Assembly: GCA_964372275.1 (NCBI GenBank)
Contig: CAYJRR010000013.1
Location: forward strand, 1 to 50,760
Length of the DNA stretch: 50,760 bases
Origin: an uncultured bacterium
GTDB taxonomy: Bacteria > CAYJRR01
Direction of reading: 5' to 3'
Under the pieces are notes generated by a model that saw only the letters and a program-made list of their open reading frames with translations, was not told where the DNA came from and searched no databases. Below, piece by piece: positions 35,627 through 45,688 of this stretch. Made by a program: the position numbers and the translations under genes. How positions within the stretch are numbered: the stretch's first letter is position 1; every line of letters starts with the position of its first letter.

Positions 35627-37930
35627 ATGTCCTCGACGCGCCGTCCGGGGTCTCTTTTTCTGCTGGCGATCGTCGCCCTGTTCGTCGGATCGGCGATCTC
35701 GGGTCGGGTAGGGGCCGACGTCGACCTCTTCGCGCTGCCGTTCGCCCCCTCGTCGGCGAAAAAAGGGATCAAGAACGCGAACTCGATGTGGAAACGCACC
35801 GAGGCGATGCAGAAGAACATCCACGACTGTCGAGCGAAAGGCGGAACCCAGCAGTCCTGCACCCTCGACGCCATCCGCTGCGATCTGACCGAACAGGCGC
35901 TTTCGCTCTACGTCGACAGCCTGCCCGGCCCCGGCGGCTGGATCGTCGACAAGAGCAAGATGCTCGACATCTTCAAGATGAGCGACTGCGGTGACGAGTG
36001 CTACTTCTGCTGCCTGCGAACCGGACTCGGAGACTCGATCGACCCGGGATGCCACACGTCGTTCGGTCCCTCACCGGTGGTCAACTGCAACGACGGTTAC
36101 GGTCCGGGGAGCCACACGATCGGCCGTGCGTTGATCCTGCAACAGCCGGAGCCGGGGACCGCCTGCCTCTTTGTCCAGCAGACCTGCGAGAACTATTCGG
36201 AGTGCGCGTTGGCGGAAGCCGGGAGCGGGTATGGGTCGGGGGCGCCGCCGCGCAAGCTCGATCTGTTCACCCCGGGTCCGGAGCTCGGCTTCGGCTGGGT
36301 CACGCCGGATGCGACGTCGGACACGCTCTGCCATCTCGGTCCCGATTGGCAGCCACCCGCGGACGAGCAGTCACTGCTGCCGGACCCGAAGAGTCCGGAG
36401 ACGAACGACTACGTGATGAGGCAGAAGGCGCGGGCCTTCGCGGAGAGCATCGCGCGAAAGGTCGATGCCTACCTGGAAACGCTCCCCGCCGATCATCCGC
36501 CGGACGAGCTCCATGACCTGCTCTCCTTCCGCGGCTGCGAATTCTACGGCGACCTCGCCTCCGTCGCGCCGTTCAACGGCGTGCTCGATCCGTTCCGTGC
36601 GCCGTCCGACGCGTCGGCGGTCGCCGATTCGCTCGCCAGCCGGCGGGCGATGGCGTTCCTCGCCACCTTCCGCGTCTTGGCCGGCGTCCCGAACCTCTAC
36701 GAGCGGTTCGCGTACGTGGAGTCGAAGACGTGGTCGTGCCACGAGAAGGACGACTACTTCCGCCAGGCCGGGATCGAGGATCCGGATCGCGAGCTGCGCA
36801 AGTCGATGGGGCCGGTTGCGCTCGCGCTGCTCAAGGCGGCGGACGGTGTCCAGGACTACCGTCTTCTATCGGTGCCGCGGCCGGGAGAGTCGCCGGTGCC
36901 CGCGAACATCCGGGACGGCTGCATCGTTGGAAAACCGCCGCGGGTGACGATCGCCCCCCGGTCCGCCGACGGCTCGGAGTACCGCTTGAAGGTGCGCGTG
37001 GCGGACGGAGGCACGCGCTCGCCGATTTCGATCGACTGGGGCGATGGCTGCACCTCGGCACACGAGATCCTCGAGGAGGACGATGGCGAGGCCACGTTCG
37101 GCCACGTCTACGCGCAGACCGGCAACTACCGCATCCTCGCCGTCGCCGGCAGCGGACGGAGCGGTCTGCGCGGGGTCATGGGGCGCGTGGTGGAGGTGAC
37201 GTCGGCGGATCCGGCCGCCACCTGCGTTCCCGCGTACTTCCGTGCGACGCTGCATCAGGTGGAGATCTTCTCGCAGTCTCCGAACGATCCGGGGTACGCC
37301 GGACTCCTCCTCGAGCAACCGGTGCCGGACGCGGCCCCCGATCCGCTGGGCCGGAGCGAGGTCGTGCGCCTCGTCAGCGGAAGCAACGGACTGGGGGAAG
37401 TCGTCGCCTACAACGAGGAGCCGATCGGCGCCCGCTCGCTCGTGATTCGACCGACGCTCTATGGCCAGGGGGGATCGTGGGACAGCCGGAAGCTGTTCAT
37501 CGATCTCGGCGACGTCACGTTCGATCGTTTCTCGCCGGGGAGCGAACCATCGGTGAGCCAGCGCGTGCGGCTCACGGCCGAGACGGTGCACGCCTTCTAC
37601 AGGGACGCGCCGACCACACCGGTGGCGGCGACGCCGGTCTCGGGTGATCCCGACGGTCGGCTGCGCGTTCCGCTGTTGCCCGTCACGAGCTCCGTGCCGG
37701 TCGATGCCGCCAAGCAGCTCGACCGGATCGAGATCGACCTGGCCGCACTTTTCGACCCGATCGACCTCGGGATCCCCACCCTCGACGCGGGCGCGGTGGG
37801 ACGTTCCCGGCGCTGGAGCGAGGTCGCGCCGAACGAACTGGTCCCCATCGGCGGCGCCGGCGACGACCTCGGGGGTGGTTGCGCCTGCTCTCTGACGAAC
37901 TCCGGCAGACGTAGGCCGCCGAGCCGCTGA
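35627..37930 (+). CDS. Secreted Cys-rich protein with PKD-like domain
   Basis: Signal peptide; many Cys in the first ~200 aa; IDWGDG...HVYAQTGNY PKD motif; ends GGGCACSL with no TM helix. Confidence 0.8.
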   Translation: MSSTRRPGSLFLLAIVALFVGSAISGRVGADVDLFALPFAPSSAKKGIKNANSMWKRTEAMQKNIHDCRAKGGTQQSCTLDAIRCDLTEQALSLYVDSLPGPGGWIVDKSKMLDIFKMSDCGDECYFCCLRTGLGDSIDPGCHTSFGPSPVVNCNDGYGPGSHTIGRALILQQPEPGTACLFVQQTCENYSECALAEAGSGYGSGAPPRKLDLFTPGPELGFGWVTPDATSDTLCHLGPDWQPPADEQSLLPDPKSPETNDYVMRQKARAFAESIARKVDAYLETLPADHPPDELHDLLSFRGCEFYGDLASVAPFNGVLDPFRAPSDASAVADSLASRRAMAFLATFRVLAGVPNLYERFAYVESKTWSCHEKDDYFRQAGIEDPDRELRKSMGPVALALLKAADGVQDYRLLSVPRPGESPVPANIRDGCIVGKPPRVTIAPRSADGSEYRLKVRVADGGTRSPISIDWGDGCTSAHEILEEDDGEATFGHVYAQTGNYRILAVAGSGRSGLRGVMGRVVEVTSADPAATCVPAYFRATLHQVEIFSQSPNDPGYAGLLLEQPVPDAAPDPLGRSEVVRLVSGSNGLGEVVAYNEEPIGARSLVIRPTLYGQGGSWDSRKLFIDLGDVTFDRFSPGSEPSVSQRVRLTAETVHAFYRDAPTTPVAATPVSGDPDGRLRVPLLPVTSSVPVDAAKQLDRIEIDLAALFDPIDLGIPTLDAGAVGRSRRWSEVAPNELVPIGGAGDDLGGGCACSLTNSGRRRPPSR

Positions 37931-38000
37931 ATACGTTGGCCGTGGGACCTCGAAGTCCCCGCTGGGGAGGAGTATCGAGGCGGACGCCGTATTCACGAGA

Positions 38001-38846
38001 TCAGTAGACCTTCAGACGGTAGGGGGACGCCGACGACGCGCCGTCGGGGCTGAAGACCCGGACGAGGATCCTGCCGTTGTGGGCGCCCGCTCCGAGCGTG
38101 AACGTCTCGTCCGCGACGCCGCCGTTGCGCGAGCCACCGAGCATCACCAGCGATCCGTTCTTGTCGAACGGGACGGCATCGAAGACCTCGAGGTCGTAGT
38201 TCGCGGGGAGGCCCAGGAGCTGGATCGATACCCGCCCCGAAACGTCGGCGCGATACCAGTCCTCGTCGGGCTCCGCCGTCGTCTGGAGCTCGGCCAGGTC
38301 GGCCGGCCCGGCCGCGTTCGCCAGGAGCGACACGCGCGAGAAGACGGTGGCGGCCTGGGTCGGCAGATCGGCCTCGGCGAGGGTCACGGTCCTCGCGACG
38401 CCGGCCTCGAGCAGGACCTCCTCCGCCAGGTTCCCGTGATCGGCCGGGTCCGGCGGCGTTTCGCGTCCGAAGAACAGCTCCACGAGGGCGTGCTGCGCCT
38501 GCGCCGCCTGCGCGAGCACCTGCACGGAGAAGGCGCGCGGCTTCGCCAGGCGGTGCGTCGAGAGGTCGTACGGAAGCTGGATCGGCGTGGACCGGAACGC
38601 CGTGTCATTTTCGTCGGTCGGGTCGGCGGATGTGACGTCCGGGTCGGTCGGGATCATCCAGAGGATCGAGACCGAGGAGGTCGAGCCGGGGGTGGGACCC
38701 GGCGCGGAACCGTCGTCACCGAAGCCGCCGCTTCCGTCGGAATCGGCCTCGTCCCTGCGTCCGTCGTTCGTCGGCTCGAACGAGCAGCCCGCCGCGAGCA
38801 CCCACCACACCAACAGGACCCTGCCTCCACGCGTCGTCGTCTTCAT
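38001..38846 (-). CDS. Lipoprotein with PPC-like domain (paralog A)
   Basis: AAGC lipobox; DEDWYR...LPANYDLEVFD...YRL; clear similarity to 39134-39982. Confidence 0.85.
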   Translation of the reverse strand: MKTTTRGGRVLLVWWVLAAGCSFEPTNDGRRDEADSDGSGGFGDDGSAPGPTPGSTSSVSILWMIPTDPDVTSADPTDENDTAFRSTPIQLPYDLSTHRLAKPRAFSVQVLAQAAQAQHALVELFFGRETPPDPADHGNLAEEVLLEAGVARTVTLAEADLPTQAATVFSRVSLLANAAGPADLAELQTTAEPDEDWYRADVSGRVSIQLLGLPANYDLEVFDAVPFDKNGSLVMLGGSRNGGVADETFTLGAGAHNGRILVRVFSPDGASSASPYRLKVY

Positions 38847-38868
38847 GTGTCACCCCCTGGGGTGACGA

Positions 38869-38885
38869 GGAGCAACCGACGTGCC
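38869..38885 (-). promoter_or_regulatory. sigma54 promoter of paralog A
   Basis: Minus strand GGCACGTCGGTTGCTCC; an identical 17-mer is at 40006-40022. Confidence 0.8.
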
Positions 38886-39133
38886 GCAGCGGTCGCGTCG
38901 AATTCGCGAGCCGAATCGGGGGTTCGACGTCGGTCGACCGGGGAAGGGCTCGGAATGAATGGCTACCGGGCAATTCGAGCGTGCGTGGGCAACGACGCGC
39001 TTCCCGCTCGGGGTGCGGCCACGTCGGTCCGATGGCCGCGAGGGGTTCCAAGGTATCGGTCAGGTGCCATGTCCGCGGTCGCTCCCGCGCGGATCGGGCT
39101 CGCTCATTCACGCGGGACCACGCCGCCGTCACT

Positions 39134-39982
39134 TCAATCGATGCCGAGGCTGGCCATCGGCCCGATCTTCAGGCGGTAGGGGACGATGGACGAAGCCCCG
39201 TCAGGTCCGAAGACGCGGATCAACAGGTTGCCGGCGCAGCATCGTTGGGCGTCGACCGCGAGCGACTCGTTCGCGGTCCCGCCGTTTTGCCCACGTGCGA
39301 GGATCGACAGCAAGCCGTTCTTGTCGAACGCGTCGCCGTTGTAGATCTCGACGTCATAGTTTGCCGGCAGGTCGGCCAATTCGACCGAGACCCACCCGTT
39401 CTCCTTCACCCGGAACCAATCATTGTCCGAGGTGGCGGGCAGAGCGAGTTCCGAGAGGTCGGTCGCCGGCGTCCATGCGTCGTCCGTCTGGACGCGGGCG
39501 AAAACGTTTGCGGCGCCGGTCGGGAGATCGCCGGAGGTCAGATGGACCGTCGTCGGGACGCTTGGTGTGAGGGAGGCGACGGCGGACAGATTCCCGCCTT
39601 CGCCGTCGACCGGCGGGGTGCTGCGTCCGAAGAAGAGCTCGACCGTCGCATTCCGTGTCGACGCCGCGTCGGAGAGCACCTGGACGGAGAAGACGCGCGG
39701 CTTGGAAAGTCGGTGGACCGCTCGGTCGTACGGGAGGGGCAGCAGCACCGCGTCGGCCGGCGAGTCGTTCCCGTCGTTCGGATCGGCCGACGCGCTTGCC
39801 GGCGCCTCGTCGGCGGCGACCGAGAGGATCGAGACGGCCGCCGTGGGGGCCGGTGTGGGGGTCGCGTCGGGAGCGCTGCCGTCGCCGTTCCGCCAGGGTA
39901 CGTCCGACGCCCGGTCGAGTGCGCACCCCGACGAGACCGACGCCAGCAGCCACACACCCAGGACCGGTGAGACTCCCCGCAT
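39134..39982 (-). CDS. Lipoprotein with PPC-like domain (paralog B)
   Basis: MRGVSPVLGVWLLASVSSGC; shares LPYD..HRL.KPR.FSVQVL, VELFFGR.TPP, LPANYD and FDKNG with paralog A. ATG at 39982 follows GGGGGG. Confidence 0.85.
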   Translation of the reverse strand: MRGVSPVLGVWLLASVSSGCALDRASDVPWRNGDGSAPDATPTPAPTAAVSILSVAADEAPASASADPNDGNDSPADAVLLPLPYDRAVHRLSKPRVFSVQVLSDAASTRNATVELFFGRSTPPVDGEGGNLSAVASLTPSVPTTVHLTSGDLPTGAANVFARVQTDDAWTPATDLSELALPATSDNDWFRVKENGWVSVELADLPANYDVEIYNGDAFDKNGLLSILARGQNGGTANESLAVDAQRCCAGNLLIRVFGPDGASSIVPYRLKIGPMASLGID

Positions 39983-40005
39983 CGCAGCGCCCCCCGAGGC
40001 GAGTT

Positions 40006-40022
40006 GGAGCAACCGACGTGCC
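40006..40022 (-). promoter_or_regulatory. sigma54 promoter of paralog B
   Basis: Minus strand GGCACGTCGGTTGCTCC (GG-N10-GC). Confidence 0.8.
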
Positions 40023-40257
40023 TCCGGCTCGCCCGTTGAAATCGCAGCCGATTGCACGACGGCCGGAGGCTCGCCGAGGGGGGCCGCACCCCGCCGATGG
40101 CTACGCGGGACCCCTTGCGTGACGGCGCGCACAGCCGCCCGGTTCGGATCCCAACCGGCGGGAAAAACGCTGGATTCCGGGAATCCGTTGGGGTAGGTTC
40201 CGCATCTTTTTACGGCGCCGTTTTTCGATAAACACCAGAGACCGCACGAGACTTTCG

Positions 40258-42360
40258 ATGGCCAACCTCGACTCGCTCCGCAACATCGGCATCTCCGCCC
40301 ACATCGACTCGGGGAAGACCACCCTGACCGAGCGGATCCTCTTCTATACCAACGTGATCCACAAGATCGAGGAGGTGAAGGGGAAGTCGGGCGTGGGGGC
40401 GACGATGGACTTCATGGACCTGGAGCGCGAGAAGGGGATCACGATCCAGTCGGCCTGCACCTACGTCACCTGGAAGAAGAACCCGATCAACATCATCGAC
40501 ACCCCCGGCCACGTCGACTTCACGATCGAGGTGGAGCGGGCGCTCCGCGTCCTGGACGGCGCCATCCTCGTCCTCTGCGCGGTGGCCGGCGTGCAGTCGC
40601 AGTCGATCACCGTCGACCGCCAGATGCGGCGCTACAAAGTTCCGCGGCTGGCCTTCATCAACAAGATGGATCGCGCCGGCGCCAATCCGCAGCGGGTGGT
40701 CGAGCAGCTTCGTGAGAAGCTGAACCACAAGGCGGCGTTCGTGACGATTCCGATCGGCGCCGAGGACAAGTTCCAGGGCTGCATCGACCTGGTCACCCAG
40801 AAGGCCTACTACTTCCACGGCGACAACGGCGAGAACGTCGTCGAGGAGGCGGTGCCCGCCGGCCTCGTGGAGGCGATGAAGACGGCGCGGGCCGAGTTGA
40901 TCCACCAGCTCGCCGACGTCGACGAGGGGATGGCCGACCTGTTCCTGCAGGAGATCGATCCGACCGTCGAGCAGTTGAAGGCCGCCATCCGGCGCGCGGC
41001 GCTCGCGCTCAAGTTCACGCCGGTCTTCGTAGGCTCGGCATTCAAGAACAAAGGGGTTCAGCTCCTCCTCGACGGCGTCTGCGACTTCCTCCCCAATCCG
41101 ATGGAGGTGGAGAACGTCGCGCTCGACCAGGACAAGGACGAGGCCAAGGTCGTGATGTCGAGCGATCCGGGGAAGCCGTTCGTCGGACTCGCCTTCAAGC
41201 TCGAGGACGGCCGCTACGGGCAGCTCACCTACATGCGCGTCTACCAGGGGAAGATCGCCAAGGGCGACTTCATCGTGAACCAGGCGAACCAGAAGCGGGT
41301 GAAGATCCCGCGCGTGGTGCGGATGCACGCCGACGAGATGCACGACGTCACCGACGCCCAGGCCGGCGACATCGTCGCGCTGTTCGGGGTCGAGTGCGCC
41401 TCGGGCGATACCTTCACCGACGGCGACGTGCGCTACACGATGACCTCGATGCACGTCCCGGACGCGGTGATCTCGCTCGCGGTGGCGCCGAAGGAGAAGG
41501 CCGGGGAGCAGAACTTCTCCAAGGCGCTGAACCGCTTCTCCAAGGAAGATCCGACGTTCCGGGTGCACCGCGACGAGGAGTCGAACCAGACGATCATCAG
41601 CGGGATGGGGGAGCTCCACCTCGAGATCTACCTCGAGAGGATCAAGCGCGAGTTCAACTGCGAGGTGGTCTCCGGCAAGCCGCAGGTCGCCTACCGCGAG
41701 ACGGTCACCCAGAAGGGTGAGTTCAACTACACCCACAAGAAGCAGACCGGCGGCCGCGGACAGTTCGGTCGCGTCGCCGGCTACCTGGAGCCGCTCCCGG
41801 CCGACGCCGTCGAGCTGTTCGAGTTCGTCGACGACATCAAGGGGGGCGCGATCCCGCGCGAGTTCATCCCGGCCTGCGAGAAGGGGTTCAAGGAGGCGAT
41901 CCTCAAGGGGTCGCTCGCCAGCTTCCCGGTCGTCGGCGTTCGGGTGGTGATCAACGACGGCGCCAGCCACGACGTCGACTCCTCGGAACAGGCGTTCAAG
42001 ACGGCCGCGCTGATGGGCTTCCGCGAGGGGTACGCCCGCGCCAAGGCGGTCTGCATGGAGCCGATCATGAAGGTCGAGGTCCGCGCCCCGAGCGAGTTCC
42101 AGGGGGCGGTGATCGGACAGCTCAACCAGCGGCGCGGGATCATCGAGTCGACGGAGACCGCCGACAACTACGTCACCGCCGTGGCGCTGGTGCCGCTGGC
42201 CGCGATGTTCGGCTACTCCACCGACCTGCGCTCCGCGACCCAGGGGAAGGGCGAGTTCACGATGGAGTTCGCCCGCTATTCGATCATGCCCCGCAACGAG
42301 CAGGAGCTGGTGATCGCCGAGCAGCAGGAGAAGCTCAAGGCGCAAGCCGCCGGCCGGTAG
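40258..42360 (+). CDS. fusA: Elongation factor G (stand-alone copy)
   Basis: [60 protein letters not shown]. Confidence 0.98.
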   Translation: MANLDSLRNIGISAHIDSGKTTLTERILFYTNVIHKIEEVKGKSGVGATMDFMDLEREKGITIQSACTYVTWKKNPINIIDTPGHVDFTIEVERALRVLDGAILVLCAVAGVQSQSITVDRQMRRYKVPRLAFINKMDRAGANPQRVVEQLREKLNHKAAFVTIPIGAEDKFQGCIDLVTQKAYYFHGDNGENVVEEAVPAGLVEAMKTARAELIHQLADVDEGMADLFLQEIDPTVEQLKAAIRRAALALKFTPVFVGSAFKNKGVQLLLDGVCDFLPNPMEVENVALDQDKDEAKVVMSSDPGKPFVGLAFKLEDGRYGQLTYMRVYQGKIAKGDFIVNQANQKRVKIPRVVRMHADEMHDVTDAQAGDIVALFGVECASGDTFTDGDVRYTMTSMHVPDAVISLAVAPKEKAGEQNFSKALNRFSKEDPTFRVHRDEESNQTIISGMGELHLEIYLERIKREFNCEVVSGKPQVAYRETVTQKGEFNYTHKKQTGGRGQFGRVAGYLEPLPADAVELFEFVDDIKGGAIPREFIPACEKGFKEAILKGSLASFPVVGVRVVINDGASHDVDSSEQAFKTAALMGFREGYARAKAVCMEPIMKVEVRAPSEFQGAVIGQLNQRRGIIESTETADNYVTAVALVPLAAMFGYSTDLRSATQGKGEFTMEFARYSIMPRNEQELVIAEQQEKLKAQAAGR

Positions 42361-42373
42361 CCGCTACGGGCCG

Positions 42374-43456
42374 ATGGACGTCGGAGCGCTGCCGTTCCTG
42401 CTGGTCGCTCTCCACCCGCCGGCCGTCCTGCTCCACGAGTTGGGACATCTCGCCGTCGCGTGGGCCCGCGGGTTCGAGATCCGATCGTTCTCCGCCGGTG
42501 CTCTCCGGATCCACAAGGGGCCCTCGGGCACCACGGTTCGGATCGTCCCGTCGTCGCTGTTCGGCAGGGGCGGGGTCGAGGCGATCCCGACGAGGTTCGC
42601 GGGGACCGAACGCGATCTGGCCCTCTTCGTCCTGGGCGGACCGGCGGCCAACCTGGTGGTGGCGGTGCTTTCCGGCGCGGTCTGCTGGCGCGGCCTGGCG
42701 ACCGAGCAGCTCTCGTTACGCGACGCCGGCGACGGGCTGCTGGTCGCCAACGCGCTGATGCACCTCGCCCATGCCATCGGCACCCTCGTGCCGCGCGTCG
42801 ACCGCCGCTCCGGCCGCCCGTCGGACGGTCATCACCTGTTCGGCCTCCTCCGGGGTCGGGAGACGACGCGTCGCCGTTGGTGGAAGGCCGTGCTCCGCGG
42901 CGCGATCGAACGGGCGGGTTCCGTCGCGCCGGCCGTCCCGCGCCCGATCCTCGATCCCCTTCTCGAGGGTGGGAGGCCGGGCGATGCGTTCCACCTCTTC
43001 GCGACCGTCGCCGCGCTTGAACAGGGGCGTCGGGACGAGGCGCGGGGACGGCTCGCACGCGCGGCGGAGGCTCGCACCGGCCGTCCGGCCGAGACCCTCG
43101 CCGACTTCGCGGTTCACGAGGCGGCCTTCCATCGCCTGGTCGAGCCCGAGCCGGCGAAAGCGGAGGCCGCCCTCGCGTTCGCGGTTCGTCAGCTTGAGTC
43201 CCGCCCGGGCTACCTCGACCTCCTCGACGCCGTTCGGCGATCGATCGACGGCGATTCGGCCGGAGCGGCGAGATCGCTGACCGGATGGGAGGCCTACCTC
43301 AGGCGACAGGCCGACGACCGGTTCGAGCGTGCGCTGGCATGCTGGATCGTTCGGGCGGTCTCGGACCGCGCCGACGGCGTGGGCGCCGGCACCGGACCCC
43401 GGGCGAGCGCCGTCCTGGATCCTTCCAGCCCGCCGTCGGCGCGGGCCAGGGGCTGA
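42374..43456 (+). CDS. M50-family (site-2) membrane metalloprotease
   Basis: LLHELGH, LGGPAAN and PSDG motifs with hydrophobic segments. Confidence 0.8.
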   Translation: MDVGALPFLLVALHPPAVLLHELGHLAVAWARGFEIRSFSAGALRIHKGPSGTTVRIVPSSLFGRGGVEAIPTRFAGTERDLALFVLGGPAANLVVAVLSGAVCWRGLATEQLSLRDAGDGLLVANALMHLAHAIGTLVPRVDRRSGRPSDGHHLFGLLRGRETTRRRWWKAVLRGAIERAGSVAPAVPRPILDPLLEGGRPGDAFHLFATVAALEQGRRDEARGRLARAAEARTGRPAETLADFAVHEAAFHRLVEPEPAKAEAALAFAVRQLESRPGYLDLLDAVRRSIDGDSAGAARSLTGWEAYLRRQADDRFERALACWIVRAVSDRADGVGAGTGPRASAVLDPSSPPSARARG

Positions 43457-45123
43457 CAGGGGTCGGACCCGCCGTCGCATTGCAGATTGAACGCGCACGC
43501 CGAGTCGTCGCGTGAAATCCGCAGGGTTCGCCCGGGAAGGGACGATCCGGGGGAGATGGTGCGGCGGACGACGCGCAGGGTCTCACCGAGGACCATCGGG
43601 AAGGTGACCGAGAGCTCGTACGTCGCCGCGTCCTCCACGGCGAAGTGGACGTCGTAGCTGTCGACCGTCCAGTTGGTGCCACCGTCGACATAGCGGGTCT
43701 GGATGTTGCTGGTTCCCACCTTCTGCAGCCGAACGGTGGCGCCGGTCTGGGTCGGATGCCCGTTCGAGTCGGTGACGCGGACGTTCAGCCATCCGCCGGT
43801 GGGGTTGAGGTCGTTCTGCGTCACGCGGTACTGCATCAGCGGCATTCCGTCGGCGTCCGCCGTGTACTTCCAGGTGGCGAAGTCGACATCGCCATCGAGA
43901 TCGTAGTCTCCGAACGAGCCGAACAGGTTCGGGTAGTACAGGGGATTGCCGCCGGCGTCGTATCGCCACGTGTCCACCCGTTCGAACACCCAGTTGCCGT
44001 CGTTCCGATACCAGCTGTCGGCGCGCGGAGGGTCGAAGGCCGCCCCGTACACGGAGACGAGCATGTCCAGGTCGCCGTCGTTGTCCACGTCGGTCCACTT
44101 GGTCCCCACCCATCCTTCCTGCCTCTCGGGCAACGGCACCTCCACGCGCGGGCAGTAGAGCGCTCCGCAGGCTTCCGAGGCATCGTGCTCGAACAGGACC
44201 AGTCGGTCCTGGTTCTCGTAGAGGATGGAGATGTCGAAGTCGCCGTCGTTGTCGACGTCGGCCGGGGCGAATCCCTCTTCGTGCGACAGACAGAGCGGGT
44301 AGCTGTAGAAGCCCCCCACCTCCAGCGTGACGTCTTGGAACGTCCCGCCGCCGGTGTTCTTCCAAAGACGACTCGCCACGAACACGTCGAGCCAGCCGTC
44401 GTCGTTGTAGTCGAAGAAGGTCGAGCTCTCGGGTTTGGGGAGGTCGATGCAGCTGGGGCCCGCGGTGTTCTCCACGCAGATGGTGCCCGTCGGGTCGGGC
44501 ACCGTGTCGTTCGACATGTCGATTCCCGTCGACTCGAGAACGTCGGTGAACGTGTCGGCTCCGTCATTCCGCCACAGGGCGCCACACTCGTAGTTGCCGA
44601 CGAACAGATCCAGGTCGCGATCGCCGTCGTAGTCGACCCAGGTCGCGGTCTCGCCACCGAAACCGTAGTGGTTCATGCCGTTCGCCTCTCCCACTTCGAG
44701 GAAGGCGCCGGACTGGTTCTTCCATACCCGGTCGGGGAACTGATTCCAGACGTAGGCCAGGCTGGCCAGATCGAAATCGCCGTCGGCGTCGTAGTCGCCC
44801 CATACACCGCCGCGGTAGTGGCCCCAGACTTCGATGCCGATCTGTTCGCGAACGTCAACGAACGTGCCGCAGTCGTTCCGGTAGCCCGGAAGGTCGAGGT
44901 CTCCGTCACCGTCCCAGTCGGCGAACCCGGGCCCCGGGAAGGGGTTGAGGGGCAACGAATCCCGTTCGGGATGAAAACCCCGATACATGCGGAAAACGTT
45001 GTCGTCGGAGACGTCGGTGAAGCGAATGTCGCCGCCGCGGGCGCTGCCGATCGTCGTCAGGGCGGCGATGACGAGGGCGGCGCCGAGAGCGATTCGCGAG
45101 CGCAGTCTACGAGGGTGGGTCAT
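43294..45123 (-). CDS. CRTAC1-family FG-GAP repeat protein with ASPIC/UnbV-like C-terminus
   Basis: Signal peptide; repeated DxDxDGDxD motifs; WLNVRV...GATVRL...VHFA. Confidence 0.9.
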   Translation of the reverse strand: MTHPRRLRSRIALGAALVIAALTTIGSARGGDIRFTDVSDDNVFRMYRGFHPERDSLPLNPFPGPGFADWDGDGDLDLPGYRNDCGTFVDVREQIGIEVWGHYRGGVWGDYDADGDFDLASLAYVWNQFPDRVWKNQSGAFLEVGEANGMNHYGFGGETATWVDYDGDRDLDLFVGNYECGALWRNDGADTFTDVLESTGIDMSNDTVPDPTGTICVENTAGPSCIDLPKPESSTFFDYNDDGWLDVFVASRLWKNTGGGTFQDVTLEVGGFYSYPLCLSHEEGFAPADVDNDGDFDISILYENQDRLVLFEHDASEACGALYCPRVEVPLPERQEGWVGTKWTDVDNDGDLDMLVSVYGAAFDPPRADSWYRNDGNWVFERVDTWRYDAGGNPLYYPNLFGSFGDYDLDGDVDFATWKYTADADGMPLMQYRVTQNDLNPTGGWLNVRVTDSNGHPTQTGATVRLQKVGTSNIQTRYVDGGTNWTVDSYDVHFAVEDAATYELSVTFPMVLGETLRVVRRTISPGSSLPGRTLRISRDDSACAFNLQCDGGSDPCQPLARADGGLEGSRTALARGPVPAPTPSARSETARTIQHASARSNRSSACRLR

Positions 45124-45308
45124 GGCGATGCGAGCCTACTCCCCCGAAACGAGGATCTCCACCCCGCCGGGGCCCCGTTCCGTCATGCGACCCCGGGTCG
45201 GAGAACACGCGCCGGCGTCGATCGTCGACCCGGCCGCGATTTGCGTCCGCGAGGCGCATGCCCATCGGAAGTGTCTAGCGAAGTTGCGAGACAAGGGGGC
45301 GCACGGGC

Positions 45309-45686
45309 ATGGCGCTGAACGGTGATCGGTTCCAGCGGATTCGGGAGCATCTCCTCGCCCGGCGCCGGGCGATCCTCGATGCCTATTCGCGGCGCAGGGC
45401 CGCGGGGGAGGCCGCCTCGACGGCCGAGCCGCGCGACGAAGCGGACGAGAGCGTGCGGTTGGAGGCGCAGGACGAGGCCTGGCGCATGGCCGAGAACGAA
45501 GGGAAGGAGCTGGCGCGCATCGACGCCGCCCTCGAGCGGATGCGCGAGGAGAGCTACGGCGCCTGCGTCGATTGCGGCGACCCGATCGAAGAGCGCCGGC
45601 TGATCGCGCTCCCGACCGCCGTCCGATGCACCAGCTGCCAGGAGGCCCGCGAGCCGGGCCGCGGCATGATGCCTCCGTCGCTGTAG
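45309..45686 (+). CDS. TraR/DksA C4-type zinc-finger protein
   Basis: DEADES coiled-coil tip; IDAALERM..SYGACVDCGDPIEERRLIALP...CTSC. Confidence 0.92.
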   Translation: MALNGDRFQRIREHLLARRRAILDAYSRRRAAGEAASTAEPRDEADESVRLEAQDEAWRMAENEGKELARIDAALERMREESYGACVDCGDPIEERRLIALPTAVRCTSCQEAREPGRGMMPPSL

Positions 45687-45688
45687 GC

